Shown here: positions 19,683 through 28,727 of the stretch, piece by piece
Position numbering within the stretch: the stretch's first letter is position 1
Layout of the letters: each line of letters starts with the position of its first letter
Assembly: GCA_965208575.1 (NCBI GenBank)
Contig: CBDBOV010000001.1
Location: 384,001-448,000, forward strand
Reading direction: 5' to 3'
From: Spirochaetia bacterium
Lineage (GTDB): Bacteria > Spirochaetota > Spirochaetia > SZUA-6 > Bin103
Length of the DNA stretch: 64,000 nt
Notes under the pieces: generated by a model
What the model was told of the DNA's origin: nothing
The model's input: only the letters and a program-made list of their open reading frames with translations
Databases searched by the model: none
Program-made: the position numbers and the translations under genes

Positions 19683-20666
19683 ATGCTGAAGTTCGCCGCC
19701 AAGCGCCTGCTGTACATGCTGATCCTGGTGTGCGCGGTGGCGGTGCTCGGCTTCGTGGTGATCCAGCTACCGCCCGGCGACTGGCTGTCCACCTACATCC
19801 TGCAGGTGGAGATGAGCGGCGACCGCGTCGACCAGGATCAGGTCGAGACGCTCAAGCGCATGTACGGCCTCGACCGCCCCATGGTCGCGCAGTTCCTGAA
19901 GTGGGTGTGGGGCATGCTGCGCGGCAACTTCGGCTACTCGTTCTTCTGGAACCGTCCGGTGGCGGACCTGGTGACCGAGCGGCTCGGCTTCACGCTGCTG
20001 ATCAGCGGCACCACCATCGTGTTCAGCTACGTGGCGGCGATCGCGATCGGCGTGTACTCGGCCACCCGCCAGTACGGCATCGGCGACTACCTGGCCACCG
20101 TGTTCGGCTTCCTGGGCCTGTCCACGCCGCCGTTCCTGGTGGCGCTGGTGCTGGTGTACCTGTTCCTGGTGATCTTCGACGTCAACGTGGTGGGGCTGTT
20201 CTCGCCCGACTACCTCAACGCCGACTGGTCGCTGGCGCGGGTATTCGACATGCTGAAGCACCTGCCGGTGCCGGTGCTGGTGATCGGGCTGGGCGGCATC
20301 GCCGGCCTGCAGCGCATCATGCGCGCCACCCTGCTGGACGAGCTGCGCAAGCAGTACGTGATCACGGCGCGCGCCAAGGGGGTGGTGGAGACCCGGCTGC
20401 TGTTCAAGTACCCGGTGCGGGTGGCGATCAACCCGATCGTGAGCACGGTGGCGTGGGTGTTCCCGGAACTGGTGTCGGGCGGCGCCATCGTCGCCGTGGT
20501 GCTCAACCTGCCCACCATGGGGCCGCTGCTGCTGTCGTCGCTGCGCGGCCAGGACATGTTCCTGGCCGGCGCCATCATGACCCTGCTCAGCATGCTGACC
20601 GTGGTGGGGTTCTTTCTTTCCGACCTGCTGCTGATGCTGATCGATCCGCGCATCCGGATGGAGTAG
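19683..20666 (+). CDS. ABC transporter permease (OppB/DppB-like)
   Basis: QLPPGD, GNFGYS, YVITARAKG, DPRIR. Confidence 0.93.
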   Translation: MLKFAAKRLLYMLILVCAVAVLGFVVIQLPPGDWLSTYILQVEMSGDRVDQDQVETLKRMYGLDRPMVAQFLKWVWGMLRGNFGYSFFWNRPVADLVTERLGFTLLISGTTIVFSYVAAIAIGVYSATRQYGIGDYLATVFGFLGLSTPPFLVALVLVYLFLVIFDVNVVGLFSPDYLNADWSLARVFDMLKHLPVPVLVIGLGGIAGLQRIMRATLLDELRKQYVITARAKGVVETRLLFKYPVRVAINPIVSTVAWVFPELVSGGAIVAVVLNLPTMGPLLLSSLRGQDMFLAGAIMTLLSMLTVVGFFLSDLLLMLIDPRIRME

Positions 20667-20670
20667 GCGG

Positions 20671-21819
20671 GTGGCTGACACCGGCGCCGTGGGCGCGGTC
20701 GCCACCGAGACCGCCACCGCCAGCGCCGCCGAGCGCTACGAGCTCGCCTCTCAATGGCAGCTCGTGCGGCGCAGCTTTCTGCGCCACCGCGCGGCGCTGG
20801 TCGGCCTGGTGGTGCTGGCGCTGTTCTACCTGGTGGCGCTGTTTCCGGAGTTCCTGGCGCCGCACGACCCCTACCAGCGCAACTCCGGCTTCATCGACGC
20901 GCGCCCGCAGCGGGTGCGCCTGTTCCACGACGGGCGCCCGGTGCGTCCGTTCGTGTACGCCATGGTCAAGTCGGTGGACCCGGTGACGCTGGAGCGGGTG
21001 TACACCGACGACCCCAGCCGGCGGCTGCCGTTGCGGCTGCTGGTGCGCGGCGACGAGTACCGGTTCTGGAACCTGGTGCCGGCGCGGGTGCACCTGTTCG
21101 GCGTGGACGACAGTGACGGCGGCCACCGCCTGTTCCTGTTCGGCAGCGACAACCTGGGCCGCGACCTGTTCTCGCGGGTGATCTACGCCACCCGCGTGTC
21201 GATGTCGATCGGCCTGCTGGGGGTGGCGGTGAGCTTCGTGCTGGGGTCGCTGTTCGGCGGCCTGTCCGGCTACCTGGGCGGACGCATCGACGTGATCATC
21301 CAGCGCGTGATCGAGTTCCTGCTGGCGATCCCGAAGATCCCGCTGTGGATGGCGCTGGCCGCGGCGCTGCCGCCGGGGTGGGACCCGGTCAAGCTGTACT
21401 TCGGCATGACGATCATCCTGTCGCTGGTGGGGTGGACGCAGATCGCCCGCGTGGTGCGCGGCAAGATCATCAGCCTGCGCGAGGAGGACTTCGTGGCCGC
21501 GGCCCGCATCGGCGGTGCCGGGACCGGCGCCATCCTGCTGCGCCACCTGCTGCCCGGCTTCCTGAGCTACCTGATCGTGAGCCTGACCCTGGCGGTGCCG
21601 CAGATGATCCTGGCCGAGACCGCGCTCAGCTTCCTGGGGCTGGGCCTGCAGCCGCCCGCCATAAGCTGGGGGGTGCTGCTGCAGGACGCGCAGGCGATCC
21701 GCTCCATCGCCCTGCAGCCGTGGCTGCTGATCCCGGGCCTGTTCGTGACCGTCGCGGTGCTCGCCTTCAACTTCGTCGGCGACGGCCTCCGCGACGCCTC
21801 CGACCCCTATTCGCAATGA
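20671..21819 (+). CDS. ABC transporter permease (OppC/DppC-like)
   Basis: GSDNLGRDLFSR, EEDFVAAAR, LSFLGLG, GDGLRDASDP. Confidence 0.93.
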   Translation: MADTGAVGAVATETATASAAERYELASQWQLVRRSFLRHRAALVGLVVLALFYLVALFPEFLAPHDPYQRNSGFIDARPQRVRLFHDGRPVRPFVYAMVKSVDPVTLERVYTDDPSRRLPLRLLVRGDEYRFWNLVPARVHLFGVDDSDGGHRLFLFGSDNLGRDLFSRVIYATRVSMSIGLLGVAVSFVLGSLFGGLSGYLGGRIDVIIQRVIEFLLAIPKIPLWMALAAALPPGWDPVKLYFGMTIILSLVGWTQIARVVRGKIISLREEDFVAAARIGGAGTGAILLRHLLPGFLSYLIVSLTLAVPQMILAETALSFLGLGLQPPAISWGVLLQDAQAIRSIALQPWLLIPGLFVTVAVLAFNFVGDGLRDASDPYSQ

Positions 21820-21913
21820 TCCTGAGGACGGCACCAAGATTCGGCAGGCATGAGGCTTGTAACGGGAAGATCTATGTACTACGTTTTGTCGCGACAGGAT
21901 GAGGAGGCGTGTG

Positions 21914-22246
21914 GTGAGGGAAATCTCGGTGTTCTCGGTGCGTGACCTGCGGGTGAGTTCAAGTGCGCTGGTGCGTGAAGTTGAGGCCGGGCAGGTCTCC
22001 ATCATCACCAAGCGAGGCAAGCCGGCCGTACTGGCGTTGCCGTTCGGGAGCCGGCTCCTGGATGTGGGCGTCGACAAGGATCTGGCACTCGCCCTGTTCG
22101 AACGCCGGCTGATCACCATGGCGAAGGCCGCCAAGCTCGCCGGCGTCACCCAGGACGTATTCATGGACCTGATTGCCGAAAGCGGACTGGTTGCGGTCGA
22201 CTACCCTGCAGAGGAGTTGGCGGACGAGTTGCGCCTCGACATTTGA
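21914..22246 (+). CDS. antitoxin, Phd/YefM N-terminal domain plus UPF0175-like C-terminal domain
   Basis: FSVRDLR...IITKRGKPAV; LALALFERRLITMAKAAKLAG; RBS GAGGAGG (ORF track starts at 21899). Confidence 0.8.
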   Translation: MREISVFSVRDLRVSSSALVREVEAGQVSIITKRGKPAVLALPFGSRLLDVGVDKDLALALFERRLITMAKAAKLAGVTQDVFMDLIAESGLVAVDYPAEELADELRLDI

Positions 22247-22734
22247 GATCGCTGATCGTCTCCGATGCCGGCCCATTGATTGCACTGTCACGGATCGGGC
22301 GACTCTCCCTGCTACCGGATCTGTTCGCAACCGCGGCCGTTCCGCGCACCGTGGTCCACGAGCTTCGGCTCGACGAGCCGCGCGCGGGGGTAGCTGCGCT
22401 GGCCGCGGCCGTGCGGGACCAGACTTGGTTGCGCTCGATGGATTCGCCGGACGAAGTATCGATTCCCGGCCTCGACGCCGGCGAGTCCGCAGCGATCCGT
22501 CTCGCTGTCTGCCTGAATTGCACGCTGCTGATCGATGAGCGTCGAGGACGGAGTATTGCGCGGCACCGCGGTATACCGGTCATCGGTATCGGGCGCGTTC
22601 TCATCGCGGCAAAGCAGCGGGGGCGGATCGAGTCGGTAGCGGTTGCCCTTGCCGAACTGAGAGGAGCCGGTTACCGGCTGTCGGACCGTATCTGCTCGCA
22701 GCTTCTCACCATCGCCGGAGAACGACCGACGTAG
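22243..22734 (+). CDS. PIN-domain toxin, DUF3368 family
   Basis: IVSDAGPLIAL, LDAGESAAI, LLIDERRGR; 4-bp overlap with the antitoxin. Confidence 0.88.
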   Translation: MRSLIVSDAGPLIALSRIGRLSLLPDLFATAAVPRTVVHELRLDEPRAGVAALAAAVRDQTWLRSMDSPDEVSIPGLDAGESAAIRLAVCLNCTLLIDERRGRSIARHRGIPVIGIGRVLIAAKQRGRIESVAVALAELRGAGYRLSDRICSQLLTIAGERPT

Positions 22735-22779
22735 CAGGTTCAACGGCACGCGTCACCCGAGTGCCGCTCATGACCGCGG

Positions 22780-24396
22780 TTACCATGGAGCGACCGGTTC
22801 CATGTCCCAGGCCTCGACGACCGTGGCTAGCGCCGCGCCGCCGGATGCAAACAGCCGGACCTCGGTGCTGTCGGCGCGGGTGGGGTACACGCGCTGCGTA
22901 AGGGACTGGCGGCCGTTGGCGAACACCTCGATCACCGAGCGGTCGATGAACACGCGCAGTTCCAGGGCTTCCCCGGCGGCGAGCCGGAAGGGGGCGGCCT
23001 GCACCGCGCCGGTGGTACGGAAGGCCTCCACGCGGGCCGCGTCGTAGTCCCAGTACTCCAGGTTCTTCGCCAGGCTGGACCGGCGGAAGTCGACCTGCAG
23101 CCTTCGCTCGCCCGGAACGTAGGAGATGGCGGTCTGCTCGCTGCCGTTCGGTGCGCACAGCACCTTCACCCCCACCGCGGTCGCGTCGTGGGGTTCGATC
23201 CGTAGGAACAGTTCGAGGCTGTTCCCCGAGATTCCCGGAAGAATTATCTCGTACCCCGAGGGTACGGCTGATACCCTCTGCCGGCGCGGGTTGAAGCGCA
23301 GGGTCTCCAGCTCCGGCGCGGGAGCGATGGCAAGCGTGCCGTCGTCGGCCAGGGACAGCACCCGCGGCAGGCTCACCACCGAGGCCCAGGCGAGCAGGTT
23401 GCGCTCTTCCGGTGCTGACTCCGCGGCGCGTTCGTAGCCGTACAGGGTGGCGGCGCCGGGCCGGAAGTCGGCCATCCAGCCGAACATGATGTTGCGACCG
23501 CGGTCGTCGATCAGCGATTCCGGCGCCGAGAGCTGGCCGCCGATCCAGCTCATCCTCCCGTGCTGCTCCGGCGTGAAGTGCCGGTCGCGGTAGCTGCCCA
23601 GGTAGTAGTGGGTGGTGTTGCGGTAGGGGCGGTGGCAGTGCATCAGCAGCATGTGACGTGGAGTCGCCCCGGTTGGCGACTCCTTGCCGATCGGGAAGAA
23701 ATCGGGGCAGGCGGCGTCCTCCGCTTCCAGGGTCCACTCGCGGCGCGACCGGTAGAACGGGCCCCGGTACTCCCAGTGGACCAGGTCGGGCGAGGTGAAC
23801 AGGCTGGTGCTGTCGCCCGCGTAGCCCGGGCGCCGGTTCTTGTTGCCGATCAGCGCGTGGTAGGTGCCGTCCCCCGACTCCTCGTACCACCCGGCGGGGT
23901 CGAACACCACGAATTCGTCGCCCTCCCGGTGCAGCGGGATGACCGGGTTCTGCGGCAGCTCGCGCCACTCGTCCAGGTCGTCGTCCTCGGCCACCGCGAT
24001 GCAGGTGCCCTGGTGCGGGACGTGGTAGATCAGGGTCGGCCGCGGCGCGTTCTTGATCGCACCGCCGCTGTAGATGCCCATAGGGGTCGACCCGTCGCGC
24101 CTGGGCCTGATGGCCGGCGGGTGCTGGATCCAGTGCACCAAGTCGCGGCTGGAGACGTGGTCCCACACGGCGACCCAGAACTCCTCGCCGGGCCGGCGGG
24201 GATGCGGGATCGGCTCCCGCGCCAGGTAGAACAGGTGGTAGCGGCCCCTCCAGAACAGCGCGCCGTTGGGATCGTTGAAGAACCCCTCCGGCGGCACGAG
24301 GTGATAGCGCGGCCGGTGCGGATCCTGCCAGATCAACTCTCGCAACCGGCGGGCACCGCGGATCAGTGCCTGAATGTCGTCACTTGTGGTGCTCAT
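22780..24396 (-). CDS. glycoside hydrolase family 32 protein (variant catalytic motifs)
   Basis: RPRYH, NDPNG, YHLFY, SRDLVHW, YSG, FDP, CPDFF, SLPRVL, FIDRSVIEVF. Confidence 0.88.
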   Translation of the reverse strand: MSTTSDDIQALIRGARRLRELIWQDPHRPRYHLVPPEGFFNDPNGALFWRGRYHLFYLAREPIPHPRRPGEEFWVAVWDHVSSRDLVHWIQHPPAIRPRRDGSTPMGIYSGGAIKNAPRPTLIYHVPHQGTCIAVAEDDDLDEWRELPQNPVIPLHREGDEFVVFDPAGWYEESGDGTYHALIGNKNRRPGYAGDSTSLFTSPDLVHWEYRGPFYRSRREWTLEAEDAACPDFFPIGKESPTGATPRHMLLMHCHRPYRNTTHYYLGSYRDRHFTPEQHGRMSWIGGQLSAPESLIDDRGRNIMFGWMADFRPGAATLYGYERAAESAPEERNLLAWASVVSLPRVLSLADDGTLAIAPAPELETLRFNPRRQRVSAVPSGYEIILPGISGNSLELFLRIEPHDATAVGVKVLCAPNGSEQTAISYVPGERRLQVDFRRSSLAKNLEYWDYDAARVEAFRTTGAVQAAPFRLAAGEALELRVFIDRSVIEVFANGRQSLTQRVYPTRADSTEVRLFASGGAALATVVEAWDMEPVAPW

Positions 24397-24432
24397 GGCT
24401 TGAGCGACAGAATGCCGATCGAGGACCGGTCA

Positions 24433-24999
24433 TCAGGGAAACACGGCGCCGAGCACCCTCTGCATCACCGGGAACAGGACCGTGGCGGCTAACAGCACGG
24501 TCAGCAGCCAGCGCGTCTGTACGGTGATCTCCTTGCGCAGGTCCGCCCGTACCTCGCCGATCTCCGCCCGTACCTTGCCGATCTCCGTGCTGAGGTCCGC
24601 CCGTACCTTGCCGATCTCCGTGCTGAGGTCCGCCCGCACGCTGCCGATCTCGGTGGCCATGCCGGTAAGCTGTTGCTGCTGATCGAGCAACTGCTTCTGC
24701 AGGTCCAGGAAACCGGCGTGCATCTCGCTGCGCAGGGCGTCAAAGCCGGTGTGCATCTCGCGACGCAGGGTGTCGAGACCGGTATGCATCTCGCCACGCA
24801 GGTCGTCATGACCGGCGTGCATCTCGGAGCGCAGGGCGTCACGCGACTCTGCGACATGGCGCGCAAAGCGCTCCTCGACCACGGCGATCAGGTCTTGCCG
24901 CTGTTCGTCGCCGAACTGGTGCAGAAGATCCACCAGGGAGTCGGTGGCCGGGTCGCCCAACTTTTCGCGCAGTTCGCGTGGCACCGAGATGACCGCCAT
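24433..24999 (-). CDS. coiled-coil repeat membrane protein (Bdr/LA_3696/DUF1640-like)
   Basis: VPRELREKLG..SLVDLL N-terminus, 11-aa repeats, C-terminal TRWLL plus a TM helix. Confidence 0.75.
   Translation of the reverse strand: MAVISVPRELREKLGDPATDSLVDLLHQFGDEQRQDLIAVVEERFARHVAESRDALRSEMHAGHDDLRGEMHTGLDTLRREMHTGFDALRSEMHAGFLDLQKQLLDQQQQLTGMATEIGSVRADLSTEIGKVRADLSTEIGKVRAEIGEVRADLRKEITVQTRWLLTVLLAATVLFPVMQRVLGAVFP
24542..24840. repeat. two in-frame 33-bp tandem repeat blocks
   Basis: tccgcccgtaccttgccgatctccgtgctgagg exact x2 (24563-24628) plus partial copies; (g/a)tgcatctcg at 24718, 24751, 24784 and 24817. Confidence 0.9.
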
Positions 25000-25010
25000 G
25001 GCTCGACGCC

Positions 25011-25039
25011 AGCTTACGCCGTCGGGCGGCCGGCGTCAA
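25011..25039 (-). promoter_or_regulatory. sigma70-type promoter of the repeat-protein gene
   Basis: TTGACG-17 bp-TAAGCT, 11 nt before the ATG at 24999; abuts the IS target duplication. Confidence 0.55.
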
Positions 25040-25170
25040 CAATTCGCATTGACTCATCGAAAATCTAACCGTAGCGAAAGCATGCCTCATCTAAAAATCT
25101 AACCGAACGGGCTGGACCTTCCGGGTCCGGTTGGAGCCTCTCCGAGGGACGTGAGGAGGTTCCGGAGGAG

Positions 25171-26445
25171 ATGGGGTTGAAGATGAGTTCAAGGCGAGAG
25201 CTCACCGAGCAGCACGCGCAGCGGTATCGTCGGGCGGGCAAGAAGGAGAAGGGGCGCATACTCGACGAGTTCGTCGAGTCGACCGGGTACCAGCGCAAGT
25301 ACGCGATCCATCTGTTGACCTGGTGGGGACGGACCCGCATGGTGCGAGTCGACGGCACACTGGTGAAGCTGGTGGTCGGGCGTCCGCGGCCTGCCCAGCG
25401 CCGCGTGCGACCGCGGCGCTACGACCAGGAGGTGCTGGTCGCTCTGAAGCTGATCTGGTACGTGTTCGACTGCATGTGCGGCAAGCGCCTGGTGGTCGTG
25501 CTGCGCACCATGCTGCCGACGCTGGAGTCGTTCGGCGAGATCGAGCTGACCGCAGCGGTGCGCGGCAAGCTGCAGACCATCAGCGCCGCGACCATCGACC
25601 GGCTGCTGCAGCAGGAGCGCGCACGGCTGCGCCTGAAGGGTCGCACGCACACCAAGCCGGGCACCCTCCTGAAGGATCAGATCGCGATCCGAACCTTCGC
25701 TGACTGGGACGAGCAGGAGCCGGGCTTCTTCGAGATCGACTTGGTGGGCCATGAAGGCGGCAACGCGTCAGGCGACTTCTGCCACACGCTCACCATCACC
25801 GACGTTGACACCGGCTGGGTCGACCTGTACGGCGTGCAGAACAAGGCGCAGCGCTGGACCCACGAGGCGATCGACGCTGCCCGGCAGAGCCTGCCGATCG
25901 TGATGCGGGGGATCGACACCGACAACGGCAGCGAGTTCATCAATCATCATTTGCTGCGCTATTGCGAAGCGCACGGCATCACGTTCACTCGGGGTCGCCC
26001 GCATCGCAAGAACGACACCTGCTACGTCGAGCAGAAGAATGGCCACGTGGTGCGACGGGCGGTCGGCCACCTGCGTTACGACACCGACCGGGAACTGGCT
26101 GCCCTCAACGCGATATACCGCCCGCTGTGCCTGCTGGTGAACTTCTTCTATCCCTCGGTGAAGCTGGTGAAGAAAACCCGCACCGGCAGCAAGGTGCGCC
26201 GCATCTATGACGACCCGCAGACGCCGTATCACCGCATGCTGGCCTCCGAGTCGGTGAGCGAGAAGGTGAAGAACCGCCTCAAGCAGCAGTACGCGACGTT
26301 GAATCCGGTCGCCCTCAAGCGCGAGCTGACCAGGTTGACCGAGGATCTGCTGCAGCTGAACGTCAGCAAGACCGCCAAGGCCGCACCAAGCACGGTGCAA
26401 ACACCGAGCGAGGAGCGTGGTGGCAGCGGTCGCACGGCAAAATGA
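25171..26445 (+). CDS. DDE-type (rve/integrase core) transposase
   Basis: RYRRAGKKEKGRILDEF, CGKRL, ISAATIDRLL, EIDLV, DTDNGSEF, YVEQKN. Confidence 0.92.
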   Translation: MGLKMSSRRELTEQHAQRYRRAGKKEKGRILDEFVESTGYQRKYAIHLLTWWGRTRMVRVDGTLVKLVVGRPRPAQRRVRPRRYDQEVLVALKLIWYVFDCMCGKRLVVVLRTMLPTLESFGEIELTAAVRGKLQTISAATIDRLLQQERARLRLKGRTHTKPGTLLKDQIAIRTFADWDEQEPGFFEIDLVGHEGGNASGDFCHTLTITDVDTGWVDLYGVQNKAQRWTHEAIDAARQSLPIVMRGIDTDNGSEFINHHLLRYCEAHGITFTRGRPHRKNDTCYVEQKNGHVVRRAVGHLRYDTDRELAALNAIYRPLCLLVNFFYPSVKLVKKTRTGSKVRRIYDDPQTPYHRMLASESVSEKVKNRLKQQYATLNPVALKRELTRLTEDLLQLNVSKTAKAAPSTVQTPSEERGGSGRTAK

Positions 26446-26569
26446 CCCTCTCAGGCGGGTCTGACGGTCGATAATCGGAGAATGGGCGGTCAGCGATGAG
26501 AAAACGTCGCCTCAGCCGCGCTGTAAGGCCCCTCCACGACACGAGGTGGTGTCTGGATACCCCCGTGTC
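26415..26569 (+). repeat. structured direct repeat, copy A
   Basis: Core 26505-26569 is near-identical to 28477-28541; weaker similarity extends about 90 bp upstream. Confidence 0.8.
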
Positions 26570-26611
26570 TATGCATAACCATGCAATTCAGTGCAACTTT
26601 ATCCGCGACCG

Positions 26612-28160
26612 TAAGCCGGGTGGCGGAGTCCCGGTGCCGTCCCTGCAGTGCCTCGGCGAGGCGATTGCGGACCGCTGCCAGCCGGCTGCGTACCCGCCTG
26701 ATGCTCTTTTCCAGGGCCCGGCGCACCGGTTCACGACCCGTGCGTCGGGCTCCGGCGGCGCAAGGTCATGGCTCGGCAGCGCGTCAAGGTTGAACTGCTC
26801 GCGCAGGTACTTGAAGAAGTTCTCCTGCGACCAGCGCGAGAACATGGCGCCGGCGACCTGCGCCAACGGCATCTGCGGGTGCGTGGTGATCACCGCCACC
26901 TGACGACCGTTGGCCAGACGCCGCCGGATCTGGCGCACCACCAGCCCGTTGCGCAGCATGATCGGCTGCTCGGCCAGATCAACCGCAGTCGTGCTGGTGC
27001 CGGCGGGACCATGGATCGGTACCTCGAAGGTGTGGAAGTCTTCCGGCAGCCAGTCCGCGCCGTTGAAGTTCTTGTGCCAGGTGATGCAGGCGATGCCACG
27101 CCGGGCCAGGCGCTTGAACAGGTCCGGGCTCCAGCCCTCGCGGTCGAACACCAGGGTCAGCTGCGGGGTACCGGCCGGTGCTCCGGTCAGGTCGGGGGCC
27201 GCTTCGGTCACCACCCCCAGGTGCTGCAACTGCGGCACCACGTCGTGCTTGATCGCATTCACCGGCTTCGGGTCCAGCGCCTTGTGCAGGCACAGCAGCG
27301 GTGCGCCGCCGAGGGCGTTGATCCAGTAGCTCACCGACGCCGGCAGACACAGCTTCTGGCGTGCGACGAAGTGTTTCGGCAACCGCCCGTTGCGCCCGGT
27401 GTACACCTTCACGTGGCCATCCACGGCCAGCGTCGTCCAGTCGTCGTCGTGCTCGCTGGCCCAGGTACGCGCCAGTACCGATTGCCAATCGCGCACGGTG
27501 TGCTCGGCGCTGGCCAGCAGCCTGATCTTGCGGCGCAGCGTCTTGGTCTCCGGACAGCGGTCGAGGCCGAGGATGGCGCCCCACTCGCCGGGTGCCTGGT
27601 AGCGCAGGCTCTCGGGGTTGCGCACCCGGGCCAGGGTCATGCAGGCGACGAACAGGAGGATGGTGGTCAGGCCGTAGAATCCGGCCGGCAGGCGGAACAG
27701 GCGGTTGGCGGCGGTGAGCAGGCCCTCGCGCAGCAGCATCGCCAGTGCGGCCAGCACGCCGCCGCCAGCGACCGCGTGGGCGGGCTCGACGAACGCTGGT
27801 GTGGCCTCGGTCAGCAGGCCGGCTCTGGCGAGCGTGCGGCGTTCCACGTCGCGCGCCGCGCGGCCCATGGGCGCGTGCTTGTCGCGGGCGTCGCGGCTGG
27901 CGCGCTCAGTGGCGACCGCCGGGTCGCTGACCGCGGCGGCGGTGCTGACCGGGTGATCAGTGGTGGTGGCCGCCGGCGCAACCTCGGCGCTGGCGGCGGG
28001 CTCCCGGGTGGGATCTGTGATGACGCCGGCGCGGCGGTTCTCGTTGAAGGTGCTCACCGGGATGCCGAGTTCGCGAGCGCAGGCTGAGCCGCTCATCCCG
28101 GAAGCGAGCAGCTTGGCTGCCTGGTCCGCCATCTCGGCGTCGTCCACGGTGGCCTCCACG
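26612..28160 (-). pseudogene. internal fragment of a second, large DDE transposase (frameshifted, apparently truncated at both ends)
   Basis: LAVDGHVKVY, YWINALG, FDREGWS and RWSQENFFK motifs; 1-nt deletion near 26728 (VVN-[P]-VRRALEKSIRR continues in another frame); homology ends near 26612. Confidence 0.75.
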
Positions 28161-28389
28161 GCACCGCGCCGGCTGACTCCGGTCGGGCTACGCCCTCCGT
28201 CCGTCAGCGGGGTACAGCATCTCCTCCGCCCCGTTCGATCCCGACGGCTCCGGTGTCGCAACCTCGTCGCCTACCCCGTCCCGGCGGTGGGGAATTGTCA
28301 TGACCCTGCCCCGGGCAACGCACCTCGGTGCAGTTGTCCGGGGCGCCTCGCTCCGTGCGCTCCGCAGCAACCTGCGCGCCGCTCGCGGC

Positions 28390-28541
28390 GTGGGCGGCAT
28401 CACCCGGCTCGGCAAATGACTTCTGAGCGTCTCTGACGCCCGTATATCCGTGAGCCAGACGGTCGGCGTCAAGAAATGTCGCCTCAGCCGCGCTGTAAGG
28501 CCTCTCCGCGACACGAGGTGGTGTCTGGACATCCCCGTGTC
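28390..28541 (+). repeat. structured direct repeat, copy B
   Basis: gtcgcctcagccgcgctgtaaggcc..gacacgaggtggtgtctgga..ccccgtgtc is shared with copy A. Confidence 0.8.
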
Positions 28542-28710
28542 ACCAGCACCGAAGTCGCCTCCAGACCCGTCCGCCCCCTCTTCGGTCAGCGACACGACAC
28601 GGCACCGACCACCTCCCTGCCGTTGACGCCTCCTCATCCGCGCCGACCAACCAGATACGCCCCCGGTCGCGTTGGTGTGCTTGAATCAACCCGGCCGGTC
28701 GCCCAGCAGC

Positions 28711-28727
28711 CTATCCACTTATCCACA
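28711..28727 (+). promoter_or_regulatory. DnaA-box-like tandem (CTATCCACT/TTATCCACA) near the IS right end
   Basis: Perfect TTATCCACA at 28719-28727. Confidence 0.45.

Noticed and set aside
24542-24840. CRISPR-like array
   Set aside because: The 33-bp units are contiguous, in frame within a CDS, have no spacers, and no cas genes are present.
26568-26596. dif/XerCD site
   Set aside because: The left part loosely resembles a XerC arm (..GCATAA), but there is no TTATGTTAAAT-like XerD arm.
26538-28541. Integron attC sites or gene cassette
   Set aside because: The hairpins have unpaired bases but no RYYYAAC/GTTRRRY boxes, and no tyrosine integrase is in the window.
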